Shown: positions 20,876-33,464, numbered from the stretch's first letter. The stretch: 64,000 nucleotides of DNA from Tubiluchus corallicola (GCA_030141605.1 JAQGDQ010002390.1:1-64000); one strand, 5' to 3'. Made by a program: numbers and translations. Notes: a model not told the origin generated them from the sequence alone.

Positions 20876-20951
20876 CTATCCATATCCATAAATCCAACAA
20901 AGCAACACGCCTAAAAAATTAAATGCGCAGCCCTTGCCCTAATACCTGTAA

Positions 20952-22973
20952 TCAAGCTTCCTTCAGCTGCTTATGACGCGCGCTAATCACATTGTCCGCA
21001 TCACGACCAACAAGCTCCTGAAGCCGATTATAACGATATGTATAAGTTCCAACCCCTAACGTCAATGAACGAATCTCGTTGATCAAATCATGGGTCTCCG
21101 ACTGAGGAATATAAGCGGAAACTTCATCCCAACTCCGCCAGCCTTCTCGCTTGTCAAAGCCCAAAACCTGACCTCGACGACCTGTAATCACACGCTGAAT
21201 CTTCGAGGTAAATTCCGCAGGAACATAAATCTGAACCTCTAAAATAGGCTCCAGCAAAATCGGCTTGCATTTAGGCAAACCCTCCCGCATCGCAAGAGAA
21301 CCCGCTATCTTAAAAGCCATCTCGGAACTATCAACCGCGTGAAACTTACCGTCCCGTAAAATCACTTCCACATCAATAACAGGAAAACCAAGCGGACCAC
21401 ACAAAAGCGCATCCCGAACACCCATCTCAACCGCCGGAATATATTGCGACGGAACAACACCCCCGCTGATCGTATCACTGAAAACAATCCCTTCCCCACG
21501 CGATAAAGGAACGATATCAACAACAATATCCGCAAACTGACCATGACCACCACTTTGCTTCTTATGACGCGCATGCTGGTTAACCGTCTTGCCAACCGTC
21601 TCCTTATAAGGAACAGACGGAACCGTCGTCGATACCTCCAGACCAAAACGAGCCCGTAAACGATCCGCAACAATCTGTAAATGCATATCACCCTGACCTT
21701 CTATCAGTAGCTCTCCGGCATCCTGATCAGAACGAACATTTAATGAACTGTCCTCTTCCACAATTTTCGCTAAAGCAGTCCCCAGCTTAACCTCATCATC
21801 CCGCTTGATCGCCCGAACAGCCAACGCATAAAGCGGCTTAAGCGGCGGCGGAAACGCTAGATCAAAAGAACCACGCTCCACTAACGTCTGCCCCGTAACA
21901 ACCTCATCCAAACGACTAAACGCAACAACAGACCCACTAGGCGCCGCCTTTACTTTCTCCTGCTTGTTGCCAAAAAGACTCAAGATCGTGCTAATCCGAT
22001 TGCCCGATAAACTCATCCCTTCTTCCATGGTGCCGCCAAAAATACGCGAAATCGCCATCTTGCCACCATGAACAGAATATAATGTCTTGAAAATAGGTGC
22101 GTAAATACCATTGTCCTCCTGAAGCTCCAAACGAGAAAAAGTCTTCGTGCAATCCGGCGACTCATGACGTAACGCCTTTAACAAACGCCAAACCCCATTC
22201 CCATTCTCCGCAGAACCAAAAAATACCGGCACCAAAAACGCATCCTGAAGCGCCTGCGTCACATGCTTGTAAATCTCATCAGACGCCGGAATTGTATCCT
22301 CTAAAAGCTGCTCTAAAAGAACATCATCATAATCCGCAACAGTCTCTAAAAGCTCTGTACGCGCCTCTTGCTCCCGATCAATAGAAAGCGCCGGAATCTG
22401 AACCAAGGAAGCTGGCTTATCCTGCTCCCACTGCCACGCCCGCTCGCTAACTAAATCAATATGACCAACAATATTCTCCTCTTCCCGTAAAGGAATACTC
22501 CGCAAAATCAACGGTAAAGAAGATGTCTCCTGCAAAACCTCAAAAGCCTCCCGAACACTCGCATTTAAAACATCCATCCGATTGATAAAAACCATATGAG
22601 GAATTTTATGGTGCTCTAAAAAACGGAAAATAGGCTCCAGAACAATAATCTTGCGATCGTCCGGCTCGCAAACAACAACAACAATATCAGAAATCAACAT
22701 CGCATTATAACTATCCTGCAATAACTCTACAGAACCAGGACAGTCAATAACACACCAAGGATCCCCAAGATACTCAAAAGAAGCAATGTTCATCTCCGTG
22801 CTCATCCCACGTGAGCGCGCCTCTAAACTACTGTCACCAACCGTGTTGCCAGCATCAATCGACCCTTTGCGGCTAATCGCACCCGCATGAAACAACATCG
22901 TCTCCATAAGTGTCGTTTTTCCACTCATATAAGACCCAACAAGTGTAACAAGACGCGGAACTTTATGACTCAT
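20952..22973 (-). CDS. Elongation factor G-like protein (EF-G2 / EF-G II subfamily)
   Basis: Five-domain EF-G layout (GQGDMHL, KKQSGGHGQF, HAVDSSEMAF, LLEPI) with divergent G motifs GSYMSGKTT, DCPGS, NRMD. Confidence 0.9.
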   Translation of the reverse strand: MSHKVPRLVTLVGSYMSGKTTLMETMLFHAGAISRKGSIDAGNTVGDSSLEARSRGMSTEMNIASFEYLGDPWCVIDCPGSVELLQDSYNAMLISDIVVVVCEPDDRKIIVLEPIFRFLEHHKIPHMVFINRMDVLNASVREAFEVLQETSSLPLILRSIPLREEENIVGHIDLVSERAWQWEQDKPASLVQIPALSIDREQEARTELLETVADYDDVLLEQLLEDTIPASDEIYKHVTQALQDAFLVPVFFGSAENGNGVWRLLKALRHESPDCTKTFSRLELQEDNGIYAPIFKTLYSVHGGKMAISRIFGGTMEEGMSLSGNRISTILSLFGNKQEKVKAAPSGSVVAFSRLDEVVTGQTLVERGSFDLAFPPPLKPLYALAVRAIKRDDEVKLGTALAKIVEEDSSLNVRSDQDAGELLIEGQGDMHLQIVADRLRARFGLEVSTTVPSVPYKETVGKTVNQHARHKKQSGGHGQFADIVVDIVPLSRGEGIVFSDTISGGVVPSQYIPAVEMGVRDALLCGPLGFPVIDVEVILRDGKFHAVDSSEMAFKIAGSLAMREGLPKCKPILLEPILEVQIYVPAEFTSKIQRVITGRRGQVLGFDKREGWRSWDEVSAYIPQSETHDLINEIRSLTLGVGTYTYRYNRLQELVGRDADNVISARHKQLKEA

Positions 22974-23086
22974 TTATTTTTCTCCCCTTAAATTATTCTA
23001 TTTTTATTGTTTTCTTCACTTCTAAAGCTCTCGTGATACCAACAAGAGCAACACGAAAAAAACAAAAGCAGCTCTTTAAAATGGCT

Positions 23087-23716
23087 TCAATTATGAAATA
23101 ATGAAATAAAATTCCTACGTCGCTGCTTATGCTGCAAAAGCTTCAGTATAATAGCATGGACCCGCTCAGAAAGAAAGCGAAAACTCAACCCTGTAATAAT
23201 CGTAAAATCAGAGCGACAGCGCTTTTCAAAATCACTCAGCTGGTAACGACGGATATTCCGAAATTTCTTCCTGCTCATACCCTCCCGGCGAAGAACACGC
23301 GCACGCTGAGCCAAAAACGGCGTTGAAACAACAAGTGTATAATCACACCAACGATCCATATGAACTTCAAATAATAAAGGAATATCCAAAACAACTAAGG
23401 CACAACGCCGCCTTTGACAGCTTTTGATAAATTCCCAGCATAACCGCTTGACATGAGGATGAATCAATCCTTCCAACAGTCGTAATAAACCCTCATTGGA
23501 AAAAACAATCTCCCCTAAACGCTCCCGGCAAATCACCCCGCCTTCACACGCGTCAGGAAAATACTCAGAAATAGAGCGATAAAGCGCCACATCCGAACGT
23601 AACAAATCATGAACAGCTAAATCCGCGTCAAAAACAGGAACCTTATACCGTAAAAAAACATTGGAAACCGCCGACTTCCCCATTCCAATACTGCCTGTAA
23701 GCCCAAGAATAATCAT
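23087..23716 (-). CDS. coaE: Dephospho-CoA kinase
   Basis: GLTGSIGMGKS, FDADLAVH, LIHPHV, DIPLLFE. Confidence 0.96.
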   Translation of the reverse strand: MIILGLTGSIGMGKSAVSNVFLRYKVPVFDADLAVHDLLRSDVALYRSISEYFPDACEGGVICRERLGEIVFSNEGLLRLLEGLIHPHVKRLCWEFIKSCQRRRCALVVLDIPLLFEVHMDRWCDYTLVVSTPFLAQRARVLRREGMSRKKFRNIRRYQLSDFEKRCRSDFTIITGLSFRFLSERVHAIILKLLQHKQRRRNFISLFHN

Positions 23717-23853
23717 CTCTATAACCGCCCTTTAAGCATTCTCGCCAGATAAACGCCTCCTTAGAAAACCATAATCAAAATAAGCTTAGAGAAAAATAAT
23801 CAATACAGTCAATGACTTTCAATATAAAATATAAAAACGCCTACCAAAATCCA

Positions 23854-24267
23854 TCAGTAAGGAGAGGCCTCCCTTAAAGCCTCCAAAATATTCCGCTCAA
23901 AAAGAACACGCCGCTGCGCGGCTTCCTTCTCGGATTCCGACGCCTGATCCAACGCCTCTTGAGCCGAATCAATCCGTAGCTGAACATCCGATTCCGAAAG
24001 ATCACGCAACGATAAACCCGATTCCGTAATGACAACAACAGAATCCGACATGATCGTCGCGATACCCCCATCAATAAAATAACGATCCACAACAACAGAA
24101 TCAGAAAAAATATACACAATACCACGCTTAAGAGAAACAACCATCGCCGCATGAGACGGCATAACACCAATATCACCCTCTATCGACGGAATAATCACCA
24201 TCGACCCTTCCGAAGAAGCAAGCGCTTGCTGCGGCTCTACAATTTCATACCGTAATGTTTCCGCCAT
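23854..24267 (-). CDS. atpC: ATP synthase F1 epsilon subunit
   Basis: EGDIGVMPSHA motif; last gene of the atpHAGDC operon. Confidence 0.93.
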   Translation of the reverse strand: MAETLRYEIVEPQQALASSEGSMVIIPSIEGDIGVMPSHAAMVVSLKRGIVYIFSDSVVVDRYFIDGGIATIMSDSVVVITESGLSLRDLSESDVQLRIDSAQEALDQASESEKEAAQRRVLFERNILEALREASPY

Positions 24268-24300
24268 CTGTTCCCCCTCCTTAAAATTTCCAGCCCTGCC

Positions 24301-25740
<1,440 letters not shown>

Positions 25741-25760
25741 TTAATTCATCTTCCACAAAA

Positions 25761-26693
25761 TCATAACGCTTCCGCACCAGAAATAATCTCTATAAGCTCC
25801 TTCGTAATATGAGCCTGGCGCAAACGATTATACGTTAATGTCAACTTACCAATCATTTCTTCCGCATTCCGCGTCGCACTGTCCATAGCCGTCATACGCG
25901 CGCCCTGCTCGGAAGCGTAGCTTTCCGACAAATAATAATATATTCGAACAGTCACATATAAAGGAAACACAACCGCAAGCGCAGCCTCTAAAGACGGCTC
26001 AACAGCATATAAAACACCCGCGTCTCCCTCCTTAGAGAAAGACTCCGAAGCCTCTCCTTCCAAAGACGTCGCCAAATCCGAAGAAGTCGAAAAAGGCAAC
26101 AGCTGCTCCAACGTAGCGCGCTGATTAACCGCAGAGAAAAAACGCGTGAAAATAACCTCACAACAATCAAACTTCCCCTGTTGAAAATAATCCTGAAGCA
26201 AATAAGAAATATTACGCGCGGAAGCAAAGTTAACAGATCGCTTCTGCATAACCTCCTGCGGAAGCGCTTCCTGCAACTCCTCCATAATCAACGGACCAAA
26301 ATGGCGCCTCAGCGAAACTAACCCCTTGCGGCCAATACATAAAAGAGAAACCTCTTTCCCCGACTCCATCAATTGCTCAATACGCCTGCGAGCGGAACGA
26401 ATGACATTCCCATTAAAACCACCACAAAGACCACGCTCAGAAGTCATAACAATCAATAATGTCTTTTCTCCACGAGCCTCACCTAAAAACGCCGGAAACT
26501 CACCTAAAGAAGAGAGTTCAGACAAAAGACAACGAACCGTCTCATCCATCCGCTTGACAGAAGAATGCGACAAAGCCGCTGAATGCTGCGCGTGCCGCAA
26601 ACGCGTCGCCGCTATCATCTTCATCGCAGAGGTAATCTTACATGTCGACTGAACACTCGATATACGCGTCCGAAGCTCTTTTAAATTCGCCAT
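25761..26693 (-). CDS. atpG: ATP synthase F1 gamma subunit
   Basis: KITSAMKM, RGLCGGFN, SEQGARMTAM, RQAHITKELIEIISGAEAL. Confidence 0.98.
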   Translation of the reverse strand: MANLKELRTRISSVQSTCKITSAMKMIAATRLRHAQHSAALSHSSVKRMDETVRCLLSELSSLGEFPAFLGEARGEKTLLIVMTSERGLCGGFNGNVIRSARRRIEQLMESGKEVSLLCIGRKGLVSLRRHFGPLIMEELQEALPQEVMQKRSVNFASARNISYLLQDYFQQGKFDCCEVIFTRFFSAVNQRATLEQLLPFSTSSDLATSLEGEASESFSKEGDAGVLYAVEPSLEAALAVVFPLYVTVRIYYYLSESYASEQGARMTAMDSATRNAEEMIGKLTLTYNRLRQAHITKELIEIISGAEAL

Positions 26694-26716
26694 CTTACGA
26701 CAACCTTTTTCCTCTG

Positions 26717-28279
26717 TTAGCCTAAATTGCTCGCGCGCTCATTAATAAACGACTGTGTAAACGTCTCTAAATAGGCGTGGATCGCCTTCTCTAACTCTTC
26801 CGATAAATCTTTCTCACGCGCTATGGATTCCAAAAGAGAGCGCCCCGCATCCTCGCTCCGTATCCGCTCCAGCAAAGCCTCCTCATAACGCGAAACATCC
26901 TCCACCGAAACACCATCAAGATACCCATGAATCCCCGCAAAAAGAACAATAACCTGCTCCTCTACTGAATAAGGCATATATTGATCCTGCTTCAAAATTT
27001 CCGTCAAACGCGCACCCCGATCCAATAAACGACGAGTCGACGGATCAAGATCCGACGCAAACTGCGAAAAAGCCTCCATCTCACGATATTGCGCCAACTC
27101 CAGCTTGATAGAACCCGCAACCTTCTTCATCGCCTTAACCTGCGCCGCTGAGCCAACACGACTCACCGAAATACCAACGTTCACGGCAGGGCGAATCCCC
27201 TTATGAAATAAATCCGTCTCAAGAAAAATCTGACCATCCGTAATCGAAATAACATTCGTCGGAATATACGCCGAAACATCACTCGCCTGTGTCTCAATAA
27301 CCGGCATCGCCGTCAACGACCCACCTCCATGCTCGTCATTCATCTTAGCCGCACGCTCCAAAAGACGAGAATGCAAATAAAAAACATCCCCAGGATACGC
27401 CTCACGACCAGGAGGACGACGCAACAATAACGAAACCTGACGATACGCAACCGCCTGCTTGGATAAATCATCATAAAAAATAACCGCATGCATACCATTG
27501 TCCCGGAAATACTCCCCAATAGCACATCCGGAATATGGCGCCAAAAACTGTAACGCCGCCGCCTCGGAAGCCGTCGCGACAACAATACAGCTATAGTCCA
27601 TCGCACCCCTTTCCTCCAGAATATGAACCATCTGCGCAACGGTAGAACGCTTCTGCCCAATCGCAACATAAATACAATATAACTTCTCCGACTCATCCTG
27701 AGCCGCCTCATTAATCGACTTCTGATTCAATATCGTATCAAGAATAAGCGCTGTCTTCCCCGTCTGACGATCCCCAATAATTAACTCCCGCTGGCCACGC
27801 CCTATAGGAATCAACGCGTCAATCGCCTTTACACCCGTCTGAACAGGCTCGTGAACAGAACGACGCGGTATAATACCCGGCGCCTTTGATTCAATCTCAC
27901 GATACTCCGTCGCCTCTATCGGGCCCTTTCCATCCAACGGATTCCCCAACGTATCAACAACACGGCCCAAAAGACCTTTCCCAACAGGAACCTGCATGAT
28001 ACGACCCGTCCGACGAACAATATCTTTCTCCTTTACAAAACGCTCGCCACCAAGAAGAACAACACCAACATTATCCGCCTCAAGATTCAATACAACCCCA
28101 ATAACGTCAGAGCCAAAATCAACCATCTCCCCTAACTGTACATTCTCCAGACCATAAACACGAGCAACACCATCGCCAACAGAGATAACACGACCTGTCT
28201 CTGAAACTTCCGCACTCGTATCAAAGCCCGCAATCTGAGTCTTGAGAATCGAAGAAATCTCCGATGCACGAATATCCAT
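26717..28279 (-). CDS. atpA: ATP synthase F1 alpha subunit
   Basis: [31 protein letters not shown]. Confidence 0.99.
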   Translation of the reverse strand: MDIRASEISSILKTQIAGFDTSAEVSETGRVISVGDGVARVYGLENVQLGEMVDFGSDVIGVVLNLEADNVGVVLLGGERFVKEKDIVRRTGRIMQVPVGKGLLGRVVDTLGNPLDGKGPIEATEYREIESKAPGIIPRRSVHEPVQTGVKAIDALIPIGRGQRELIIGDRQTGKTALILDTILNQKSINEAAQDESEKLYCIYVAIGQKRSTVAQMVHILEERGAMDYSCIVVATASEAAALQFLAPYSGCAIGEYFRDNGMHAVIFYDDLSKQAVAYRQVSLLLRRPPGREAYPGDVFYLHSRLLERAAKMNDEHGGGSLTAMPVIETQASDVSAYIPTNVISITDGQIFLETDLFHKGIRPAVNVGISVSRVGSAAQVKAMKKVAGSIKLELAQYREMEAFSQFASDLDPSTRRLLDRGARLTEILKQDQYMPYSVEEQVIVLFAGIHGYLDGVSVEDVSRYEEALLERIRSEDAGRSLLESIAREKDLSEELEKAIHAYLETFTQSFINERASNLG

Positions 28280-28280
28280 A

Positions 28281-28841
28281 TTATTTGCTTCCTTTCATAA
28301 CATAACGTAGCCGTTGAAGCTTATTCCGTAAAGAATCATCAATCATCTTAGAGCCAAGAAAAAGAATAAGACCACCCAAAATCTCAGGATCAACATGAGT
28401 CTCCAAAATAATGTCCTTGTCCGCGACATTCCGAAGCCGATTATAAATCGTCTCCTTTTGCTCACGCGTTAACGGAGAGGCTGACACAACATGAATCTCC
28501 TGCTTCCCATCAAACGCAAGATATAAACGACGCCAAAACAATATAACCCCCGGTAAAACCGCCAAACGGCGATTCGTAACCAAAACGAGCAAAAATCGAC
28601 GAACTAATTCGGAAATATGAAAATGATCAACAAGAACAGTGACCATCTGCTCCTGCAACTGAGAGGAAAGAGCACCTGATCGCAAAAAACTGCGAATATC
28701 AGGGCTTAAAGAAATAATCCTATCAAGCGTCTCTAAATCATTCCTGACACTCTCAACTTTATCCTGCTCAACAGTATAATCAAAAAAAGCACGAGCATAA
28801 CGCCTCTCCAGCTCGTTAACAGGTTTTACTCCTGAAAACAC
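28281..28841 (-). CDS. atpH: ATP synthase F1 delta subunit
   Basis: [25 protein letters not shown]; position ahead of atpA. Confidence 0.95.
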   Translation of the reverse strand: MFSGVKPVNELERRYARAFFDYTVEQDKVESVRNDLETLDRIISLSPDIRSFLRSGALSSQLQEQMVTVLVDHFHISELVRRFLLVLVTNRRLAVLPGVILFWRRLYLAFDGKQEIHVVSASPLTREQKETIYNRLRNVADKDIILETHVDPEILGGLILFLGSKMIDDSLRNKLQRLRYVMKGSK

Positions 28842-29060
28842 GAAAAAAACCTCCTCTTTTTTAACTATACAATGACACTAAATACGTTTATCTATCATAT
28901 AACAGAAACAGTTGCAAGAAGCAAAAAACTATTTTCTATTACTATAAACAGATCCGCGCCCAAAAAAACAACGCCGCAAACAAAAAAGAAAAGCAACGTT
29001 TAGAGAATACGCTTTTAAAAAAGAAGTAAAATAGAAACTTTAAAAAATTAAAGAGTGAAA

Positions 29061-29145
29061 TGGTAGGCGTGAAGGGACTCGAACCCCCACGGCCTAAGCC
29101 AGTGGCTTTTGAGGCCACCGCGTCTACCTGTTCCGCCACACGCCC
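29061..29145 (-). tRNA. tRNA-Leu(CAA)
   Basis: GGGCGTG/CACGCCT acceptor stem, anticodon arm GTGGC-CT-CAA-AA-GCCAC, long variable arm, GGTTCGAGTCC T-arm, encoded CCA. Confidence 0.96.
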
Positions 29146-29201
29146 ATTAAAACTAGATTATATATCGATTATAAATTGTTCCTATATACCAGCACCCCGT
29201 T

Positions 29202-29239
29202 AAAAAAAAATAAAAGGACGCAATACACGATTACGTCCT
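29202..29239 (-). terminator. Intrinsic terminator-like hairpin
   Basis: Minus strand AGGACGTAAT-CGTGT-ATTGCGTCCT (10-bp stem with one G:U pair), then TTTATTTTTTTTT. Confidence 0.7.
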
Positions 29240-29330
29240 CCTTGTAAATCTCTGTTTTAAACTAAACACTTATAACAAAAGATTTTTTAAGTTTACATAA
29301 CAAAAGTACAAATTTAGTGAAACACCTTAA
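29205..29330 (-). ncRNA. Candidate ~125-nt small RNA (or leader of a 19-aa peptide)
   Basis: Bounded by a sigma70-like promoter and a strong terminator; no family recognised. Confidence 0.4.
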
Positions 29331-29335
29331 GATTG

Positions 29336-29364
29336 AGATTACTATAAACAATCGATAAAGGCAA
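29336..29364 (-). promoter_or_regulatory. Putative sigma70 promoter
   Basis: TTGCCT-N17-TAATCT on the minus strand. Confidence 0.45.
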
Positions 29365-29425
29365 GCTTTTTTTCACTTAAATTAAAGTTTTTTCTTCTAT
29401 TAAAATATTATCAATAAAATCACCC

Positions 29426-30277
29426 TCAAATGGACTCATACAACCGCGCCAAAGAACAAAAATCCTCAATCGATAAATCCTGCGCCCTCTTCTTCCCGTC
29501 AACAGGAGAAATATCCTTCGAAATCCCCAAAACACGTAGGCGCTTCTCTACCATCTTGCGCCGATGCGTAAATAACTCCCGAACAATATAAGCCAGCGTC
29601 TCAAACCGAGCCGGCGCTAAAGGAGCCGCGCGCGGCCGAAACAAAACAACCGACGAGATAACTTTCGGCGAGGGCGTAAAAGCAGAAGGATGAACATGAA
29701 AAGCAATCTCAACTTCACATAACCATTGCGACAATATCGACAGCAAACCATACCCTAATGAACCAGGAGACGCGACAATCCGCTCGGCAACCTCCTTCTG
29801 AAACATCAATACAAAAGCATCGAAATACCGCATCTGGCTTAACCATCGCAACAATAAGTCAGACCCTATATTATACGGTAAATTCGCAACAATCATAGCA
29901 GGAGATAACGAAAATTCAGAAAAATCAACCGATAAAGCATCCCCTGAAATAACAGAAAAACGATCGCCATAAAAAAACGATAAATCCTCAAGCGCCTTCA
30001 CAGCGCGCCGATCTTTCTCTATGGAAATCACACGCCCCGCTCCTTGCTGCAAAAGAGCACGACTCAGCCCCCCAGGACCCGGTCCAACCTCAAAAATAGA
30101 ATAGCGACCAAAAGACTCCTCCCCAACAATTGAAGAGGCACAGCGCGCTATCCTCAAGCATAAATTCATATCCAGCAAAAAATTCTGCCCTAATGACTTT
30201 CGTGCCCGTAAACCATACCTCTCCACCGTCTCACGAAGAGACAGCAAGCGGACAGATGCCTTCTCTCTATCAGACAT
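29426..30277 (-). CDS. rsmA: 16S rRNA adenine dimethyltransferase RsmA/KsgA
   Basis: KSLGQNFL, EVGPGPGGL, IEKD, ANLPYNI, MFQKEVAERI. Confidence 0.97.
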   Translation of the reverse strand: MSDREKASVRLLSLRETVERYGLRARKSLGQNFLLDMNLCLRIARCASSIVGEESFGRYSIFEVGPGPGGLSRALLQQGAGRVISIEKDRRAVKALEDLSFFYGDRFSVISGDALSVDFSEFSLSPAMIVANLPYNIGSDLLLRWLSQMRYFDAFVLMFQKEVAERIVASPGSLGYGLLSILSQWLCEVEIAFHVHPSAFTPSPKVISSVVLFRPRAAPLAPARFETLAYIVRELFTHRRKMVEKRLRVLGISKDISPVDGKKRAQDLSIEDFCSLARLYESI

Positions 30278-30300
30278 ATCCCCCCTTTTCTACCAAGGTA

Positions 30301-31278
30301 TCAGCGAATATCAACCCATGCCTTCTGACGCAAATCCCGAAAATACTCTTCCATCGCATAGGTCATCTTTCGCTTTTTTAAACGTTGCTCAACTTCCTGA
30401 TAAAGCTCAAAAGATATCTTGTCAATAGAATCACTCTCTACAGTACGCTTCTCATAAAGTTTGAAAATATGCCATCCTCCTCTCCCTAAAACAGGAAGAG
30501 AAACTCCCCCAACAGCTTGTTCCTCTATAGCCTTGAATAAATCCGGATCTAAAAAATCCCCAGAGCGAACCCAACCAATCACACCTCCCTCAAGCGCCGA
30601 AAGACCCACCGAAAATAACAAAGCAAGATTCTCAAACTCCTCCCCTTTCTCCAGCTGATCGTAAATTTCCAAAGCGCTCCTTTTTACCTCACCGCTATTC
30701 ACAGGACGACTCACAGGAAGAAAAATCTCCCCTATCAAATATTCCTCTCGCTCACCCCGAGAATGCAACAAATCAATCTCATTTTGAACATCCGTACCCG
30801 TAACAACAATCTTCGCATGAACAACCTGCTCCACTAATCGACGCCAAGACAAAGTCGCTAACACTTGCTCCTCAAATGTCTGAAAACGAATCCCCATCTG
30901 CTGAAAAACATCCTGCAAATGCCCCGGAGGAATACTGTTTTGCTGCTCGACCGTCCCGTAAACAGCCGAAATTTCCTCCGGAGAAACCTTAATACTATGC
31001 CGCTTGGATTCCTGAAGTAAAATCTGCTCATTAATCAATGTCTGCACAACATAGGTTCTCATTTTTTTCCGATTCTCCTCCGTATCGGGAATCTGCGACG
31101 TTATCAATAACATATAAAGACGAGAATCAACATCCAACGCCGAAATAACCTCGCCATCAACATTGGCGACAATCTCACTCTTTTCCGCCGCAACAGAGTC
31201 ATAACTCCATAAAATCACAATAGCAAAAAAAAATCGCGGGCAAATCGTTCCCACTACCCTCTTCATACAATATCTCAT
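30301..31278 (-). CDS. surA: SurA-like periplasmic chaperone / parvulin PPIase
   Basis: Signal peptide, IVANVDGEVIS, LINEQILLQE, parvulin-like FENLALLFS...GGVIGWV, LRQKAWVDIR; upstream of rsmA. Confidence 0.85.
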   Translation of the reverse strand: MRYCMKRVVGTICPRFFFAIVILWSYDSVAAEKSEIVANVDGEVISALDVDSRLYMLLITSQIPDTEENRKKMRTYVVQTLINEQILLQESKRHSIKVSPEEISAVYGTVEQQNSIPPGHLQDVFQQMGIRFQTFEEQVLATLSWRRLVEQVVHAKIVVTGTDVQNEIDLLHSRGEREEYLIGEIFLPVSRPVNSGEVKRSALEIYDQLEKGEEFENLALLFSVGLSALEGGVIGWVRSGDFLDPDLFKAIEEQAVGGVSLPVLGRGGWHIFKLYEKRTVESDSIDKISFELYQEVEQRLKKRKMTYAMEEYFRDLRQKAWVDIR

Positions 31279-31390
31279 TAAATCATACCCACTCTACCAT
31301 TCACTTACCAAAAAACAACCGATAACCATCCCGCCCTATATATATACCATTATAGCAAAGCTATCAAAAAACAAATTTTCAACCCCACCC

Positions 31391-33304
31391 TCAAAGCGCG
31401 TCAAACGCGCCCTGCGCCTCTTCTAGCAAAGCGCTTTTAGATAACCACGACTCCTCCAAAAGCTCAAGCTCTTTTATAACAGAGGAAAGCGCCCTCTGAA
31501 CAGAAACAATCTCATCACTATCATGCTCCTGATAAAATAACGGCTCCCCTAATTTCCCCTCAAGCTCACCTTTCCGCATACTCATACGCTCTATGGACCT
31601 TTCTATCCCCCTCACTTCCTTGCGTAATAATAATACAGCATTCCGACACTCCTTTTTTAAACGACGACGCTCCTTCTTCTCATGCTCATCCTCCCCGCTC
31701 TCAAAAGAATCCCGACTCTCCTTCCGTCCATTCTCATGCTGATTGAGAACAAGCGCCATATATTCATCCATACCCCCATCAAAAAGACGACAGGCGCCAT
31801 CCTTCACTAACCAAAACCGATCACAAACATTCGATAAAAAAGACCGATCATGGCTGACGATAATCGCCGCTCCCTCAAAATTACTCAAAGCAACAGTCAA
31901 TGACTCTCGAGTCTCTATATCCAAATGATTCGTCGGCTCGTCCAATAATAAAATCTGCGGCTTGTTGATCAATGAAATCGCCAATAATAAACGCGTCCGT
32001 TCCCCTCCCGATAAAGTACCAACAGAACGCTCCCCCATCGATTTCCCTATGGAAAAACGCCCAAGAAAATTCCAAACCTCCAGCGACGACATCTCCGGCT
32101 TTAAAGAACGCACAATATCAAAAGGTGTCTGAAATAACGGAAGCTCTTGCGCCCGCTCCTGGGAAACATAGCCACAACATAAATGATCCCCCCGGTGAAC
32201 CTCCCCTTGAAAAGGACGTAAATGCCCAGACAAAAAACGGATTAATGTCGACTTGCCATTCCCATTCGCTCCCAGCAAACCAATACGATCATCCTTGCCT
32301 ATAAAAATATCCAGACGCGATAAAACAGGATTTCGCTCATCATACCCCAAAACAACATCCCTCGCCGATAACAAAGGGGATTTCACTTCCCGAAATAACG
32401 GAAAATCAAAATAAACAGCCTTCTCCTCTATAACCGGTAAAGTGATCTGTAAACGCTCCAGACTCTTTATACGACTCTGAACCTGCCGCGCCTTGCTCTC
32501 CTTCGCGCGAAAACGATTGATAAAAGATTCCATATGCGCCTTCCGAGCAAGCTGCTTTTCCCGAGTCTTCACATCAAGCTCCATCTGTAAACGACGAGTC
32601 TCGGCAAACGAATCATAATTCCCACCATAACGATATAATTTCCCATGCCGTAAATGCAAAACACCGTCAACAATCGTATTTAAAAACGCACGCTCATGAC
32701 TCACAAGAAGCAACGTGCCACGCCAGCTCTTAAGCCAGCTCTCAAGCCATAAAGACGCCTCAAGATCAAGATGATTCGTCGGTTCGTCCAACAATAGAAT
32801 ATCTGGACGGGCAAATAAAACACCCCCAAGCGCAACCCGTACACGCCACCCGCCAGAAAACGTCCCCAAAGAACGTCGCTGCGCCTCCTCGGAAAAACCA
32901 AGGCCCTTTAAAATAAAAGAAGCCCGCGATACAGCCGTATGAGCCCCTATATCCACAAGACGAGCATGAATATCCGCAATCTCCTGAGGATCACTCAAAG
33001 AATCGTCATGAGCACGCGACAGTAAAAACGTACGCTCCTTATCAGCCGCTAAAACAGCCTCTAAAACCGTTAAATCCCCCTCATCATCATGCTGGGACAT
33101 ATATCCCAAACGAGCAAAAGAAGGAATCCGAACCTCTCCTCCCTCCAGAGAAGAAGGGTTTGCAATCAACTGCAAAAGCGTCGTCTTGCCGCTGCCATTC
33201 CTCCCCACAAGCGCAACTTTCTGACCCGCGTATATTGTCGCACTCGCACTATCAATCAGCTTTTTCCCTCCACGATACAGAGAAATATCCTGCAAACATA
33301 TCAT
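31391..33304 (-). CDS. ABC-F family ATPase (YheS-like)
   Basis: Two ABC cassettes (GRNGSGKT/FSGGWR/LLDEPTNHLD and GANGNGKS/LSGGE), no TM segments, C-terminal coiled coil. Confidence 0.95.
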   Translation of the reverse strand: MICLQDISLYRGGKKLIDSASATIYAGQKVALVGRNGSGKTTLLQLIANPSSLEGGEVRIPSFARLGYMSQHDDEGDLTVLEAVLAADKERTFLLSRAHDDSLSDPQEIADIHARLVDIGAHTAVSRASFILKGLGFSEEAQRRSLGTFSGGWRVRVALGGVLFARPDILLLDEPTNHLDLEASLWLESWLKSWRGTLLLVSHERAFLNTIVDGVLHLRHGKLYRYGGNYDSFAETRRLQMELDVKTREKQLARKAHMESFINRFRAKESKARQVQSRIKSLERLQITLPVIEEKAVYFDFPLFREVKSPLLSARDVVLGYDERNPVLSRLDIFIGKDDRIGLLGANGNGKSTLIRFLSGHLRPFQGEVHRGDHLCCGYVSQERAQELPLFQTPFDIVRSLKPEMSSLEVWNFLGRFSIGKSMGERSVGTLSGGERTRLLLAISLINKPQILLLDEPTNHLDIETRESLTVALSNFEGAAIIVSHDRSFLSNVCDRFWLVKDGACRLFDGGMDEYMALVLNQHENGRKESRDSFESGEDEHEKKERRRLKKECRNAVLLLRKEVRGIERSIERMSMRKGELEGKLGEPLFYQEHDSDEIVSVQRALSSVIKELELLEESWLSKSALLEEAQGAFDAL

Positions 33305-33464
33305 GTGATTACATTATTCCCGAATAAGTCGTTATTTTAATCAATCCAAAAACCCTTAAATCTTAATCTTAGTAAAAATATTAACTCATTGTTTTTTATA
33401 AAATTAATATACAATACTATCGCATATCGCATAAATCAATAGCGCCCATAAACTACATATAGTG

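Noticed and set aside
28942-29139. 65-aa ORF
   Set aside because: Shadow of tRNA-Leu plus AT-rich spacer.
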